Shown here piece by piece: positions 1 to 14,164 of a stretch of DNA of 64,000 bases. Below the pieces are notes generated by a model, which searched no databases, was not told the DNA's origin, and saw only the letters and a list, made by a program, of their open reading frames with translations. The position numbers and the translations under genes were made by a program. The stretch is taken from NCBI GenBank assembly GCA_051294375.1, contig CM119263.1, forward strand, positions 23,184,525 to 23,248,524, given 5' to 3'. Each line of letters begins with the position of its first letter. The first letter of the stretch is position 1. Origin of the DNA: Paraspadella gotoi. Its lineage: Eukaryota; Animalia; Chaetognatha.

Positions 1-1469
1 CCCCGCCGGTCACGACTCAGCGCGCGTTTCATCTTCCCCGGGCGCTCGCGGGTTCGGAGCACGTAACACAGCGACTACGCCTGGACGCGTTACGCGAAAG
101 GGACGCGCGTCTCGAAGGAGAAGGATTGCGCTTTAGCCTCGTTTATTCGTTTCCGGTCAATTTGAGGCGTTGTGAAAGTTACGTCGCATGAAATCCGTTG
201 CCGCCTCAACTGGGTTGGAAAGAGGAGGGGGGAAGAGGAGGAGGAGGAGGGGGAGAAATGCGGAGAGGAAGGAAGGAGAGAAGAAAAGAAAAGGAAATCT
301 AGGATATGCGATGGAGTAGAGAGATATAGAGATGACGGAGAAGAAAGATGAAGGAGAAAAGAGAGGAAAGGAAGGGATGAAGAGAAAGAAAAGTGGGAAA
401 GATACAAGGGAAAGGAAATGGAGAAACTTTTGAGCTCAGAAAGAATGGAAATTAAAAGAGAAGATTCTGAAATCAAAGAGGAAAAGAAGTTCATTTTTTT
501 TTCTACGGAAAAATATCGTTTTGAATTTGAGCGAAGGACCTGGCGAAAAGGGAAGGAAATGAACCAGGTCAAAGATAATAGATGAAAAAAATGGTCAGAT
601 CTGAAAAAAAAAAATTGGCGGTGTAATCGTTCCTAGAATCAGAATACAAATGGACGATTAAAAACTTTTATGGCGCCGAAATTTAAATCTTCTCTCTCAG
701 AGTCGATCTCAAAAGTCGCGTCTCATAACTCGTGACGTCATTCTCGATATTTTAGTTCTTTCGCCGATGATCTTTTATTTTTCCCTTCTCTCTCCGATAG
801 AGGAAGCGAGATATTTGACCTCAAACGAACCTCTTGATGCCGATGCCGTCCTCTTTTCCATTTCACCGAAGCATTAAGGAGAAATTTCGTACTAGAATAT
901 CAATCAATAGATNNNNNNNNNNNNNNNNNNNNNNNNNNNNNNNNNNNNNNNNNNNNNNNNNNNNNNNNNNNNNNNNNNNNNNNNNNNNNNNNNNNNNNNN
1001 NNNNNNNNNNNNNNNNNNNNNNNNNNNNNNNNNNNNNNNNNNNNNNNNNNNNNNNNNNNNNNNNNNNNNNNNNNNNNNNNNNNNNNNNNNNNNNNNCGCC
1101 ATTTCGACGCATTAAGGGGCGTCCATCTTTGTGCTCGAAAATTTCCTTCGACTGACGCCGCGCGATGGCGTTCCATAGTTTTTTTGTTTTTTCATGTCGT
1201 TTTTGGTTTCCGTTTAGTTGGGGTCAGTATCCAGGAATTAATGCTCTTTTGTTGGAAGGAATGAGGCGAACTTTTGTTAGTTTAATACTATCTTGACTTA
1301 ATCTTTAGTTAAATTTAAAAAAAAAAACGTAAATTTTTCTTCGATTGCTACTTTTGCAGTCTTGGATATATCAAAAATCATTTTGAATTTATGTATCATT
1401 ATCTGCTTTTATAAAAAAATGTTTAAAAAAGCTAAATTTTATTAAAGATTTTTTTCAAACGAACAAACA

Positions 1470-1525
1470 GAAGAAAAGAAAGAAAGAAAGAAAGAAAGAA
1501 AGAAAAAAAAGAAAGAAAGAAAGAG

Positions 1526-1608
<83 letters not shown>

Positions 1609-1610
1609 AA
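1470..1610. repeat. (GAAA)n microsatellite
   Basis: Long run of AAAG units, directly visible. Confidence 0.95.
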
Positions 1611-1805
1611 AAAGGAAAAAAATCCCGTTGTTTCCAGCGCCGCTCACGAGGACCCTCTAATCCATTAACCATTGGCCCGGGTTCAACGGCGCTTCAGGGG
1701 TCGGGGGGTCGCGAGTGGGTGGCGAAGTTGGGGGTGGGTGAAATGGGATGTAGAGGGGGTAGTGCATCGGTGGGGAGGGTTTGGCTATGCCGTTAAGGTA
1801 AGGAT

Positions 1806-2430
1806 TAAGGCGTAGTGAAAGTTACATACGAAAATTCTTAAAAGTCAATTATGAACAACATCACCATCAGTGAACATTAATTTGTAAAAAATTAATTTTT
1901 TATTTTTTTAATGTTTTGCAGTAGGCTATATTTATATATAGTACTATCCTTATAAAATTGAAAATTTTAAAATAGGCCTTTTCTTAAATTTTGATTGCAG
2001 ATTTGAAGTTCCTCGTCAAAAGTTGATAAAGAGAAAATATAAATCATTTTTAAAAATTATTTCATTAAGTGGGTTAAAAATTAAAAAAACTATATTAATA
2101 TATAAAAAGTGTAATTTTCAGTTTAAAATATAGCTTTTTTCTAATTGTTTGACCCACTTAATGAGGAATTTTTCAAAACGAGTTATATTTCTTTTATCAA
2201 TTTTTTATGACGAATCCCAAATCTGCAAAAAAATCTAGAAAAAAATGTTTTTTGAAATTTTAACATTTATTGGTTTAGTAACTAGTATAAATATGGCCTA
2301 CTGCGTAAATTGTAAAATTTATTAATAATTTTTTTTTATTTATATAAATGTTCATTAGTATAATGTTGTTCGTTCCTCACCTTAGAAATTTTTAATTAAA
2401 GGTTAAATTTAGAAATTTTACTACGCCTTA
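1806..2430. mobile_element. Non-autonomous fold-back DNA transposon (MITE), ~625 bp, with an 8-bp TSD (hAT-like termini)
   Basis: Starts TAAGGCGTAGTGAAAGTT and ends AATTTTACTACGCCTTA (inverted). GTAAGGAT lies immediately on both sides (1798-1805, 2431-2438). The two halves are imperfect inverted repeats along their length (GCAGTAGGC/GCCTACTGC, GCAGATTTG/CAAATCTGC, TCATTAAGTGGGT/ACCCACTTAATGA). AT-rich, no ORF. Confidence 0.88.
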
Positions 2431-3171
2431 GTAAGGATATTTAAGGTTGGGGCTTTAGAGGAGTGGGCAGTTGGAGTTGGATGAAAGGTGCCACAGAGTC
2501 GGAGGGAAGGAGAGTACCCGCCAATGATCGGTTAGGTGCGGCGTAGACAGCGGCCGTTTTCGACGTTAAGGATCAAACATTCGGAATGGTGAAAAAAAAA
2601 AAAGAATACCGGAAAAACACGAAAACTGGATAACAATGAACATGAGATTATAACAAGAGAAAGTAGGAACAGAAGAACTAAAGGGCAGTTTTTAAGCTAA
2701 AACGAACGATATTTCTGGGGAGGCAACAATCGGTTTTCGAAACAAAAGGAAAGTGAAAAAAAAAATTGGAGAAAAAAAATCATTTCGTAATTTAGTAATA
2801 GGATGAATTCGAGGGGAAATCAGATTTGGCCACAACAAATTCGGAGGCTAAACGAAGATTTCTAGGTCGTTTCATCATGGCCTCAAGTTGAAATGTTAAA
2901 ACTGGAATGGTTATTTGTCACGATTAGAGGTATCGATCTGTTTAGTGTTAACTATTACATGGTCGACTACGTGGACGACGACGACGACGACGACGACAAC
3001 GCCGGTTACGTGAATTCGTGATTTTCTAAATTCCGATCGACTTTAGACTTTGCGTCTCCTCGAGGAGATTCGATGACATAGCTGGATTATTTCTCGTAGC
3101 AGAAAAAAAAAGGCAACAAATTCAAAATGGCGGACGATTTTGAACGTCATTTCGTTCAGTGAGAGAGAGAA

Positions 3172-3209
<38 letters not shown>

Positions 3210-3218
3210 AGAGAGAGA

Positions 3219-3269
<51 letters not shown>

Positions 3270-5149
3270 CAAAAAGGGGCGAAAAAAAATTAGAAATGAA
3301 GGCCAAAGAGTTCTGTAAAAATAGTTTGACGTAAGGTTCTGTAATAAATGACTTTTTTTTATGATTTATGGACTTAATTATCGGACTAATTATGAACTGT
3401 TTTTAATCATCGCTTGAATAAACAAACAACATTTGAAATCACGATCGTCGCCATCTTGAAAGTCAACCAGAAATTCGAGGCTGCTCAAACAGCTATTTTA
3501 ATAAAACCTCAAACAGCTGTCTAGCATTTTAATAAAACCTCAAACTGTTAGAAGTCAGTTTGAAATTTTGAACTCAAATTTGAGAACGCAAATCCCGAGA
3601 TGGAACTGGAGGAAAGAAGAAAAAAAAGAGAGATCCGGCGACGAAAGCGAAAAAAAGTAATGACTAATCGTGGATAAAGACGACAAAGAGAAGGAACGCG
3701 ATCTTAAGCTTCCTCGATTAATAAATCTTTTCTTCTCTTTTTTTTCTCTCTTTTTTTTTCGGGATAATTTTTCTTCCCTTTTTTTTTCTTCTTCATTTTT
3801 TCATTTTTTTTTCTTCGCCTCTCGTTTTCCGTCGCTCGAAGTTGCAAGAGACGCGAAGCGCGAAAAAACAAATTAGGAGCCGACGATGGCGCCGCCACCG
3901 ACGATGGCGCCGCCGACGCCGCTGCCGACGATGACGCCGCTAAAGCCAGCCAAAGGCAGGCGCCGCCTACAAGGCCGACGCTGCCGGGGACCGGTTACGG
4001 CGCCTAAACGGAAAATCAGGCGCCGACTCGCCCACAGTTACTGACGCCGCTGTGAAACGCTGTGAGACGTGACCTCGACGTAACTGTTCACAGGCGAATT
4101 GTAAACTCTGGCGACCAAATAAACTGCTGTGAGACTAAATTCCTGACGCTTTCGAAATACCGCTTAAAATGTTTAATGACTTTACTTTTAAAAATGTGTT
4201 TAAAAACGCATTTTTCTATTCTTTCAATATATTCCACCTATCTTTCATCTAGCACTCAATGTGCCAAACTATAGAATTCACGCACAAGACCCAACCTCGG
4301 TTCACATCTTTCCAAGAACCTTCACCCCGTTCCCCCAACATCTGAAAAAAAAAGAAAAAAGAAAAAAAATTCGGGTAAAATTCTAAAGATGAGATTCGAA
4401 TTTCGGCGGCAGGAAAATATTTTTTCTTCTGCTCAGATTTAAAACCTCTCTTCCGTCACCGACGGCGTTGTCTCTCTCTCTCNNNNNNNNNNTATTTGTT
4501 TATTTTCGCTTCTTCTTTCATTGCCAAAAAATTTAAGACGAAATCTAAACAAATGAATCACATGCGCGGCTTTTTTGAACGGGAGCGGTGTCGCCNNNNN
4601 NNNNNNNNNNNNNNNNNNNNNNNNNNNNNNNNNNNNNNNNNNNNNNNNNNNNNNNNNNNNNNNNNNNNNNNNNNNNNNNNNNNNNNNNNNNNNNNNNNNN
4701 NNNNNNNNNNNNNNNNNNNNNNNNNNNNNNNNNNNNNNNNNNNNNNNNNNNNNNNNNNNNNNNNNNNNNNNNNNNNNNNNNNNNNNNNNNNNNNNNNNNN
4801 NNNNNNNTCTCTCTCTCTCTCTTTCTCTCTTTCTTTTTCCTTTTCCACTCTCTTTCCGTCACTAAACACAAACCGACTAGGGAGATTACGAATACTTATT
4901 TCAATCCTCTAATAGCTCATAGTCATAGTAAACGAAAGCCGAAAGGCCCAAGTAGAGAGATAGACACTTTTCCGGAATTTCTCATTTTCCGGCATTACTT
5001 CCTTTTCCGGCATTTCCTCCTTTTCCGGTCTTTCATCAACTATTTTTCTGGTTTTCCCTTGATATCTCCTCCCCTCATTTTTCCCCTTGATGGCGCCTCA
5101 TAAACTCGGACCGTAAACAAATCCTCCCTCCGTATTTGCCGCCGCCGCC

Positions 5150-5180
<31 letters not shown>

Positions 5181-8100
5181 ACGCGGACGCCCCCCGCAGC
5201 CGCAGCCCCTGCCGCCTCTCCTCCCCCTCCACCCCTTCTTTTTAATTCTAAAAAAAGGAAAAAAATCAATTGAATAAAATTTTCATCCTCGTCTCTCGGC
5301 GGCGACGAAGCGAAAGAAAAAAAGAAGTCGAGCCACGTAGCGGCGTCTTTTGTTCGTTTGTTGTTTTTCCGAGGCGCCGCCAGAGGAGCGAGTGTCTGCG
5401 TTAATAGTTAAAAGGGAAGAGAGAAATCGAGGATCTTCGTCAAAACAAAACTGTCAGACGGGGTTTGCGATTTTGAGGGTGAAGGGAAAAGTCAGGTTTA
5501 TTTTCGGAGCTCGACAATCCCGGAACACATTTCATTCGCGATTCCTTACTTTTTTCGGGGTCATCCGGCCATTCTGTCCCATCGCTTGAAAGTTACCCAT
5601 GATTCTTCGATCCTATCATCGTCGACTTCGACTACCTGACGCAAACCCTCGAACCACCTCCACCGGCAGGCGGCGCAAGTGACCCGAACCAAGAAAATCC
5701 TCGGCCGGTCGCGAGGCGAGGAGTGTTCCAGGTCGACGACGGGGTCGAGGTCAGGTGGAGATGGGAAGGGCGACTCGGAAGACGGGAGGACGTCGCGGGT
5801 TCCAACAAAACGTAAACAAAGGAAGACTCGTCCGTTGTCTTTCGCTTCTTTGGGGCGTGAACACAGAGAGTAGAGAGAGAGAGAGAGAGAGAGAGAGGAG
5901 AAGAGAGAGAGAGAGAGAGAGAAATAGTCGTGGAAACGGGCGTGTCGATTCCGCCGTTTTACCCTCTCGGTCACGATTAGCTGCTTTTTACTAGTTATTT
6001 TGACTGTTTAGTCGTGTAAGTGTTGACATAATTTTGTTTTTCGAATTAACGAGATGAAACAAAGCGTTATTTTTGTTTGAGGTCGTATTTTTACCAGAGC
6101 TTCTACACGCAATGGTAGTTCGCGATAAAATTTTCAAGCGCGACGGACGCACATATCAGATATTGCGCACGCATTGTAACTCACACACAACTTTGCATAC
6201 GCGACAGTCGCACGCACCAGAGTTTTCACAAACTCGAGATCGAAACGTGAAAGTCGAGGAACAATTTTTCAATCGAGTCGACGATTAGAATCTCTATTGA
6301 GCGGAACTATCTGGCGATGAAAGGTCGGAGAGAGAGAGAGAGAGAGAGNNNNNNNNNNNNNNNNNNNNNNNNNNNNNNNNNNNNNNNNNNNNNNNNNNNN
6401 NNNNNNNNNNNNNNNNNNNNNNNNNNNNNNNNNNNNNNNNNNNNNNNNNNNNNNNNNNNNNNNNNNNNNNNNNNNNNNNNNNNNNNNNNNNNNNNNNNNN
6501 NNNNNNNNNNNNNNNNNNNNNNNNNNNNNNNNNNNNNNNNNNNNNNNNNNNNNNNNNNNNNNGAAGGAAACAATCTCTACAGAGCGAAATGTGGAAAAAA
6601 CTTAAACCTAAACGGGTAGAAGACGTAAGATAAAAAAAAAGAAGGAATGTAGCGAAAAAGGAAAGAAAAAGGAGGGAAAAAAAGAAGAGAAAGATGGAGA
6701 AAAGAAGAAAATTTCGGTCTGAAACCCTCGAGCGTGAAAAGAAACTCGAGAGGTAAAAAAAAAAGGTTTTTTTTTCTTCTCCCCATTTTTCGGGTTTTTT
6801 CTTTATTTTTCTTTTTTTCTTCAACGGAGAAAGGAAAGAGCGAGTTCTTTGTGTTTGTCTGAACCTATTGTCGTAAGATGAAACTCTTCTATGAGTGAAT
6901 TACGACCTCGAGCTCGTTATTCACGATTCTATTCACTTGCGAGCGTGAGACTCCGGAAGTCCCGAGGTTAGAGTTTTGTATTGTCTGGGTGAAGGATCTA
7001 AAAGATGTTGTTACACTCAGTGCATTTGTGAATTGTGCGTTTTTGATAAGGCTTTGTTTTTGATCCAATGAAATTCCAACTTATTATCACTGTCCACATA
7101 TAACTACTTTATTTTTCAAAAATTTGCGTTTGCTTATGATATAATATAATGAAATTGGTACAACCAATATATAATCGTGAGAACTTGTTGCAGAGTCTCT
7201 CTTTCTTTACAAATGATATATTTATTTCATTTCACACTTTTTACTCATCCAGTTGGAGTAGCATATTTCCAACTCGATTGACTGCAACTGTCACTGCAAA
7301 TTCTTATTCTTTTTATTTTGCTCACCTACAGCATCTCATTGTTTCTCAATTCTACCCTCCCTCACCCCAGGCCTTCATCAACAACAAAGGGTCCCGCGGA
7401 ATTTTTTTTTTTCAAGACGTGAGATGAAAAACTAAATTCCGAAGTTTTTGTGTGTGTGTGTTGCGCGAAAATTGCCCCTCGTTCTGCAGTTAGGTGATTA
7501 ACAACAACATGAGCGACGACGATGATGCAGACGACGACGACGATGACGACGACGATAAAAACTCCATTCGCTGACTGCACAGGCCACCAAACACCCGGCC
7601 GTTGTCTCGAAGAAAAGAAAAGAAAAGAAAAACAGTAAAAGAAAAACTTGGTATAAAAAACTGGAGCAGGACAATAACAACGAGGAAAAACCAAACAGTC
7701 GTCTCGTCCATTTCTCTCTTTCTCTCTCTCTCTCTATCTCATCTCTCTCTCTCTGTTCTACTTCATCTGCTCTCGGTCTTAGCTCTCTCTCTCTCTCTCT
7801 TTATTTCCGAGCAAAATCAACAAAACCCGATTTTCGTGGCCCCTTTCCTTTCTTTGTCCGCGATCTTCTCTCACTTTTTCTCTCTTATTCTTCTCTCTCT
7901 CCTCTATCTCTCTCTTATCTTCCTCTCTTCTCTCTCCTCTCCATGTCTCTCTCTCTCTCTGTCTGTATCTCTCCGTCCCAAAATAAAAAAAATACTACGG
8001 TCCTTTGAAAATTTTTCCGGATGGACCCGTCAATCCGGATACAATGAAGAGAGGCGCAGTTAATCCGCCGGAAATCGGAAACTCACGCCTCAGTTTTCCT

Positions 8101-8421
8101 CTGACTGAATTTTTCTTTTTCTCATTTTATTTCCCTTTATTTTCTCTTTTTTTTCTATTCTTTTTCTTTTATTTTTTTCCCGTTTTGGGTCATTGGAAGA
8201 CAATTAACAAATTTGTATCATTTTTAATGGCAACGATATAATGAAATTTCAAAATAAGTTATTGTAATTCTGTTTTTCAATCTGAATAATTTAGGCGAGT
8301 TTTTTTTTTTCAACTCATATGTGTCGGAATATTCTTCAACTTGTGAATTCTCCCGTGAAAAACTGAACAAAAAAAAACTTATTTTCACTGCGTCGGAAAT
8401 GAAGTTTGAGTGAAATTTCGT

Positions 8422-8500
<79 letters not shown>

Positions 8501-9021
8501 AAAAAAAGAGAACAAGAAAAAAAAAGGATACATCTTTTATAAAAGGAAGGAAAGGAGATGAGGAGGAGGAGGAGCGGGAAGAGAGGAGCGAGGAGGAAGA
8601 GGATTAAAAAAAAAAGGAGTGAAAGGAACAGACAGTTTTTCTATTGAAATGGAAATGGGTTCTTGCGTCGGGAGGCCGAGGGGGTGACTTTTCTTCTCGC
8701 ACTAAAATATGATAATAAAAACACTAATGATTCCCATCATAACACGATGTCAGCGTCGCCCGTCGGTCACGTGACTGCGAGGCGGCTGCGGCGGCGGCGG
8801 CGGCGGCGGCGGGAAGCAGGACGCTGCTGTCAAAGCCTCGTTTCGAAGCCTCGAAAACGAAGGAGAATAAACTAGAAAATGACAGAGAAAAAAGAATAAG
8901 TTGATAATCTTTCATTTCGTTTTTCTCCTAAAATTAGATTTTTCTCCAATTAAGAAACCGTGCAGCAAAAGAGAAGAACTCAGTTTCCTTTTGGTTCTTA
9001 TGATTTGCTTAGCGGGCTCTA

Positions 9022-9067
<46 letters not shown>

Positions 9068-9086
9068 TCCTTCTCGTGCTCTTTCG

Positions 9087-9106
9087 ATGTCAAAGGTCAG
9101 AGGTCA
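9087..9106 (+). promoter_or_regulatory. Candidate nuclear-receptor DR1 element (ATGTCA-a-AGGTCA-g-AGGTCA)
   Basis: Perfect AGGTCA-n-AGGTCA at 9094-9106 with a third near half-site in register. Function is inferred from the motif only. Confidence 0.35.
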
Positions 9107-10292
9107 AATTCTTTTCAGGTTTGGATGTTGAGAGCCTCAAGATTGTAGCGAGATCAACGATGGTGAGACTCGCAAATCGGGGGAGGGGGTGGGTCGGTGC
9201 AGGTGGAAGCGAGGGTGGTTTAGGTCGTTGGCCTGTCTCAATGGTAAGGCGGATGACTTTAGGGCGAAAAGTATTTGGTTTTTTGGGTCCTTGGCTCCGC
9301 AGAGTCTGATCGACGCCAAGGGAGACAAAATTGTTCATTGTTTTATAAGTTCGATTTCAATTACCCTCGTAATGTAACAGGACAGGAATCTACCTAGATT
9401 ACAGACCGGGGGATGAAAGGCGCTGTCTTGAGGACATTTAAACTTTTCAGAGACTGCAACTGCAAAGGCCAACTATGACAACAACAACTAGGAAAACCAA
9501 ACCACAACGATAACGACAAACTCAACTGCTCAACTGCTCATCCCTCGCGTTTCTCATTTTTTTTAACAATATCTCGTCACCTTTTTTTTTCCTCCTTTCG
9601 GCCGAGATTTTCAATTCGCAGTTTTTCATGCGAATCGTAAAAAAAAAAAAGCGTTTGAAGCGATGAAAGGCAAAAATGCGTGCATGTGTGCGAGTTGCGC
9701 ATGCGCAGCGCGAGAATGATTTAGGATAATATCATCGACGTAGAAAGGGAGGAAGGGAGTCTTAACAAGGATGCAATTTTCAAACATCCTAGTTTTCGAC
9801 AGTTCTTTGGACCAAGTAACAATGAAAAATACTAGGCGCAAACCAAAAACCGTGAACCGCACGAATTCAGACCAAGAGCCAACGTGAAAAGCGCGCTAAC
9901 CGGGCGTTAACGGCGCGTTGGGAACGTGTGAATGGCGCGTGTGAAATGCGCGTTCGAAGTGGGAGGAACGCAAGGTGCGCGGGAGGCGGAGGACAAAAGC
10001 GAAAAAAACGCTTCGTCGGCAGAAAACGAAAACAAGCGTTTGTACTCACGGTGTCCGGCGAAGGGATGACGACGATGAAAAAGACGACGACGATGACGAC
10101 GATGAAGACGATGACGATGATAACAACGAAGATGATGACGAGGACGACGAGTGCTGGGTGTTCTGGTGGCGACAACAGACGAACAGACGGCGACTTTTTT
10201 TTAACTTAGTTGTTAATTGTTATTTCTGCCGGTTGATGGTTTCTTGGAACTCCTTCAGTTTCTTGCTCTCTCTCTCTCTCTCTTCTTCCTCT

Positions 10293-10403
<111 letters not shown>

Positions 10404-12248
10404 GCTTCTTTCTTTGTCCTTGTCAAACGCTGCCCTCTCTTAAGATCCCACTTAAAAAGGTGGACGTTCAAAACGGGTTGCCCGATTTGGGGTCACCGCG
10501 GAGCGCCGCCCCGCCGCCGCCCGCGCCTTTATCTCCCCCTCCCCTTGAACTACACCCCTTCCTTCCCTCGGCTCTTTCTTCTATACCCGTTCCCCGCTCT
10601 AAATTCTTGGCGAGAACGAACAAAGACGTTGTTTTTGAGCGGCGATGAATATATCTCTCTTTTCAATGGAGTTTTATTTTGTTTTTTTTTATTCTTCCTT
10701 CTTTATGCCGAAAAAAAGATTTAAAGAATATCTGTAAAGAAAAGCGGATATTTTTTTAAAGGATTCCATTTCTCATAAATCATTTTTGGTAACACTTTTT
10801 TTTCCAATTCTAATCACTTTAACTTAAACTATTCTCCCTACTGCTTGATAGCGGTTCGGAAAATGACAAGCATTTAACGCGACAAAAACGACGAACGACG
10901 ACAATGGAAGTCGCCCAATCGGTCGCCCTCTGTCCAAAGTCCTTCGAAATTTTTCTTTTGTCGTTCTTTGGTCTCGACAAGGATTCGCGCGGCCAGTCAA
11001 CCCTGAAAAGACCCGACACTTTCTCGCTTCTCATTGGTCGACTAGTCGACGAATTCAAAGCCGATTGGTGGAGAGTCTTAAGATGGCCACGCTGACGGCG
11101 CTGATTGGCCGAAAGTTCGAGTGATGGGGTCACTTAATATCCGCTTTCATTGCGGTCAGAGGAGAGGCGTCGACGGGGAGAAATACGGGCGACGTTTCTC
11201 GCGACGACCGTCTCTCTCTCTCCAGTGGAGAGTCTCCACGTCACCTTTTATATTTTCAATCGCGAAAGGAAAAAAAAGAAGAAATTCGAGTTTGATGTGA
11301 GACTCGGTTGTCGTTTCGCCGCCAAACGATCTCCCTCCGTCGTCCGTAAAACGCCATCTCGCGTCGTTTTCCCGGTCACGCCCACATTTTTTTTTTATTT
11401 TCCTTTTATATTCTGGTCTCCGCTCGAGAATCTCTCTCCCAATGGCGGGATCATATTCTTTGCCAAGAGCCCGATTCGTTCCGAGTCTTGCCATTTCCTG
11501 CTACTCTCCATCTTTCTTCCACCCAACGCCCATAACGGGTCCTACCTTGGAATACCAATCTCCACCTCTCCCCTCTCCCCATTTCAGTTGGCCCTAACCA
11601 TCCCTCCACCATCGCTCCTCCTCCCCGACTCCATCCCTTTCCAATCAGACGATCCCTGACCCGCGCGTTGCTCCTCTGAGCCCGGGCTTCATCGATCTTA
11701 TCTTTTGTAGTTTTCCGTTTGGCGTCTCTCGGATTCAACGTCACGTGACAAGTGGCGCGGCGTCGCGCGTCGAGCGGAGTGTCACAAGGAGTGTCACGCC
11801 CCGCGTCCGGAGGAGTGTTATGGTTTTGTCACAAGCATCCGTTAGTTGCGTGTTGTTTTATGATACTTTCTACTACGTGACGCGAGTAGAAAATGCATTC
11901 GGTCCCATACCCAGTTTCTTTTCTTACGTTTCTCGATATTTCACAAGTGTCACGCGGTAAGGTCACGTCGTTTGCCACCTCATGGTTTTCTTTTTTCTCT
12001 TTGCTCGACCTCACCTTCAGACCCTTTCTTCTTCCGCGTCCAACCTGGCGTCTGAGGTAAGGCAAAAAACGCGTGGATACACTCGAATTCACGACCGTTG
12101 CCTTTCGGGTAAAATTTGGCTTACTCATTAATTAATTAATTAATTAATTAATTAATTAATTCTTTTATTTGCTACAGAAATCTTCTTAAACGTTGAGTAG
12201 ACGGCAGAAGTGGTTTGTTTTGGATTTGTCTTACTCTCTCTCGTCTCA

Positions 12249-12292
<44 letters not shown>

Positions 12293-13637
12293 CACACGCT
12301 TCCCGTGATATTTATGGAAAAAAAAATCGAGTGGTTTTGGGATTCGAACTCTCAACTCAGCCTTTAGCCTCACCCACGGTTGAACCCTTTACCCTTTTTT
12401 CGTATCCTCCTTACCTCGTCCCTTTACTCACCCCCTCACGCTCGAGCCCCCGCGGCAAACGGTCGCCCCATTCGGTTATTACCAAAGTCTGACCCTGGGG
12501 AGACGCACTTTCCATTTCTTTAACCCCCAACTCTTCTTGTTTGGCCGCGCAATGACGCAGCGCGGCTCGTGACCCCCTTCCTTCGCATCCTTCCTACCAA
12601 CGGGACACTCCCACCAACGTTGTCTCACCAAAATCGCCTTTTCATTCAATATTCCTATTGATCCGCCTCAAGACAATTCGCAATGTGCAATTTCTAATTA
12701 ATTAAATGGTTCCTCTCTAATTTCGCCCGTAATAAGAGCGACTTTTTGAACTACTTCTCCGTGACGTAACAACCAATCGGTCGCAAATAAAATCGTAATT
12801 CAACAGCCAATGGAGTGCCTTCTCCAATCTCCTCTCCTTTAGATCGTTTTACCTTTTTGAATCAAGTGTAACCCACGCCCGGTCCCCCACAAGTTCCCCA
12901 AATACACCTGCTCGTCTCATAACTATCGTTCGCCCGAAACGAACTCCCAATATCTTTTCCGTTTACCTCTTCTTCGTAGCAACAGTCGTTGCCAAAAGAG
13001 AAGGGATACTTTTTTTTTTGCCCTTAACCCTCTTCGCTTTTCCCCTTCGATATTCTTTTGCTGGTTCCGCTAACCTTTTCAGCTTCTTATCTCGCGTCCT
13101 TTTTTTCAATTCTCCATTTCTTCCCTCTTAACTTTTCCCTCTACGATTTCCTTGCCTTTTTCTCCTCCTTTCTCGTCTTTTCTCCCTTTCTAATCTCTGT
13201 TCCTTTTCCTCTCTACTTCTCTTTTTTCCCTCAGTTTTTCCCGCTTACGTTTTCTCCGGTTTCTCCTTTTTCCTCTCTCCTTTTTTTCCTCCCTTTCCTC
13301 CTGCTTCTCTTCTCTCCCCTCCCCCTCACGCCGGAGGAGGAGATATATCCTCCGGTCTTCGGTCCTTTTAGCCCAAACAAAGTTGGCCTTCCACAACTTT
13401 GGGGTCCCGGGAAACACCGCGCCGCCACGAAGCGCCGAGATACGGGGCGCGCGAGCGGGCGCGGGACGAAGCGCCGGCATCCCACGTTCCGGAAAAGGAA
13501 CTCCGGGACGCCCGCTCCGTTCGGACTCGATTGTTATTGGCTGAGACTCACAATTTTCGCGTGTTGGCGAATTGATGGAGATTATATGAGGACCAGCTTT
13601 TGAGCCGCGGGATTATTTTTTACGCGCGACGAAGACG

Positions 13638-13730
<93 letters not shown>

Positions 13731-14126
13731 AGTAGTAAATTGACCGAGAAAGGAAATTGACCGAGAAAGGAAATTGACGAGAAAGGAAATTCTATATTGA
13801 AAACGATTGTTATACTTATAGATTCCATATTAAAATAATAAAAATGATAAAAAGTCGCAATGAAGAATAAAAAATTCGAAGATAAAAAGACTTTATGTTT
13901 AAAAAAAATGCTTCCAGAAACAAATGTGACGAGCATCACCATGGCAACGAAAATGGACGCCATATTTCGACGGGCGCGAAAATCCATTCATCGCCATAAA
14001 TGTAAACGGGCGCCATTTTCGGCGACCGTCTTTTGTCTTTCGTCTTTTCCTCCCAAAAGAAAAGATAAAAACAAATCGGAGAAATCAAATTTTTTCCGCT
14101 GACGTCGGCGATAGCGAATGGTGACG

Positions 14127-14164
<38 letters not shown>

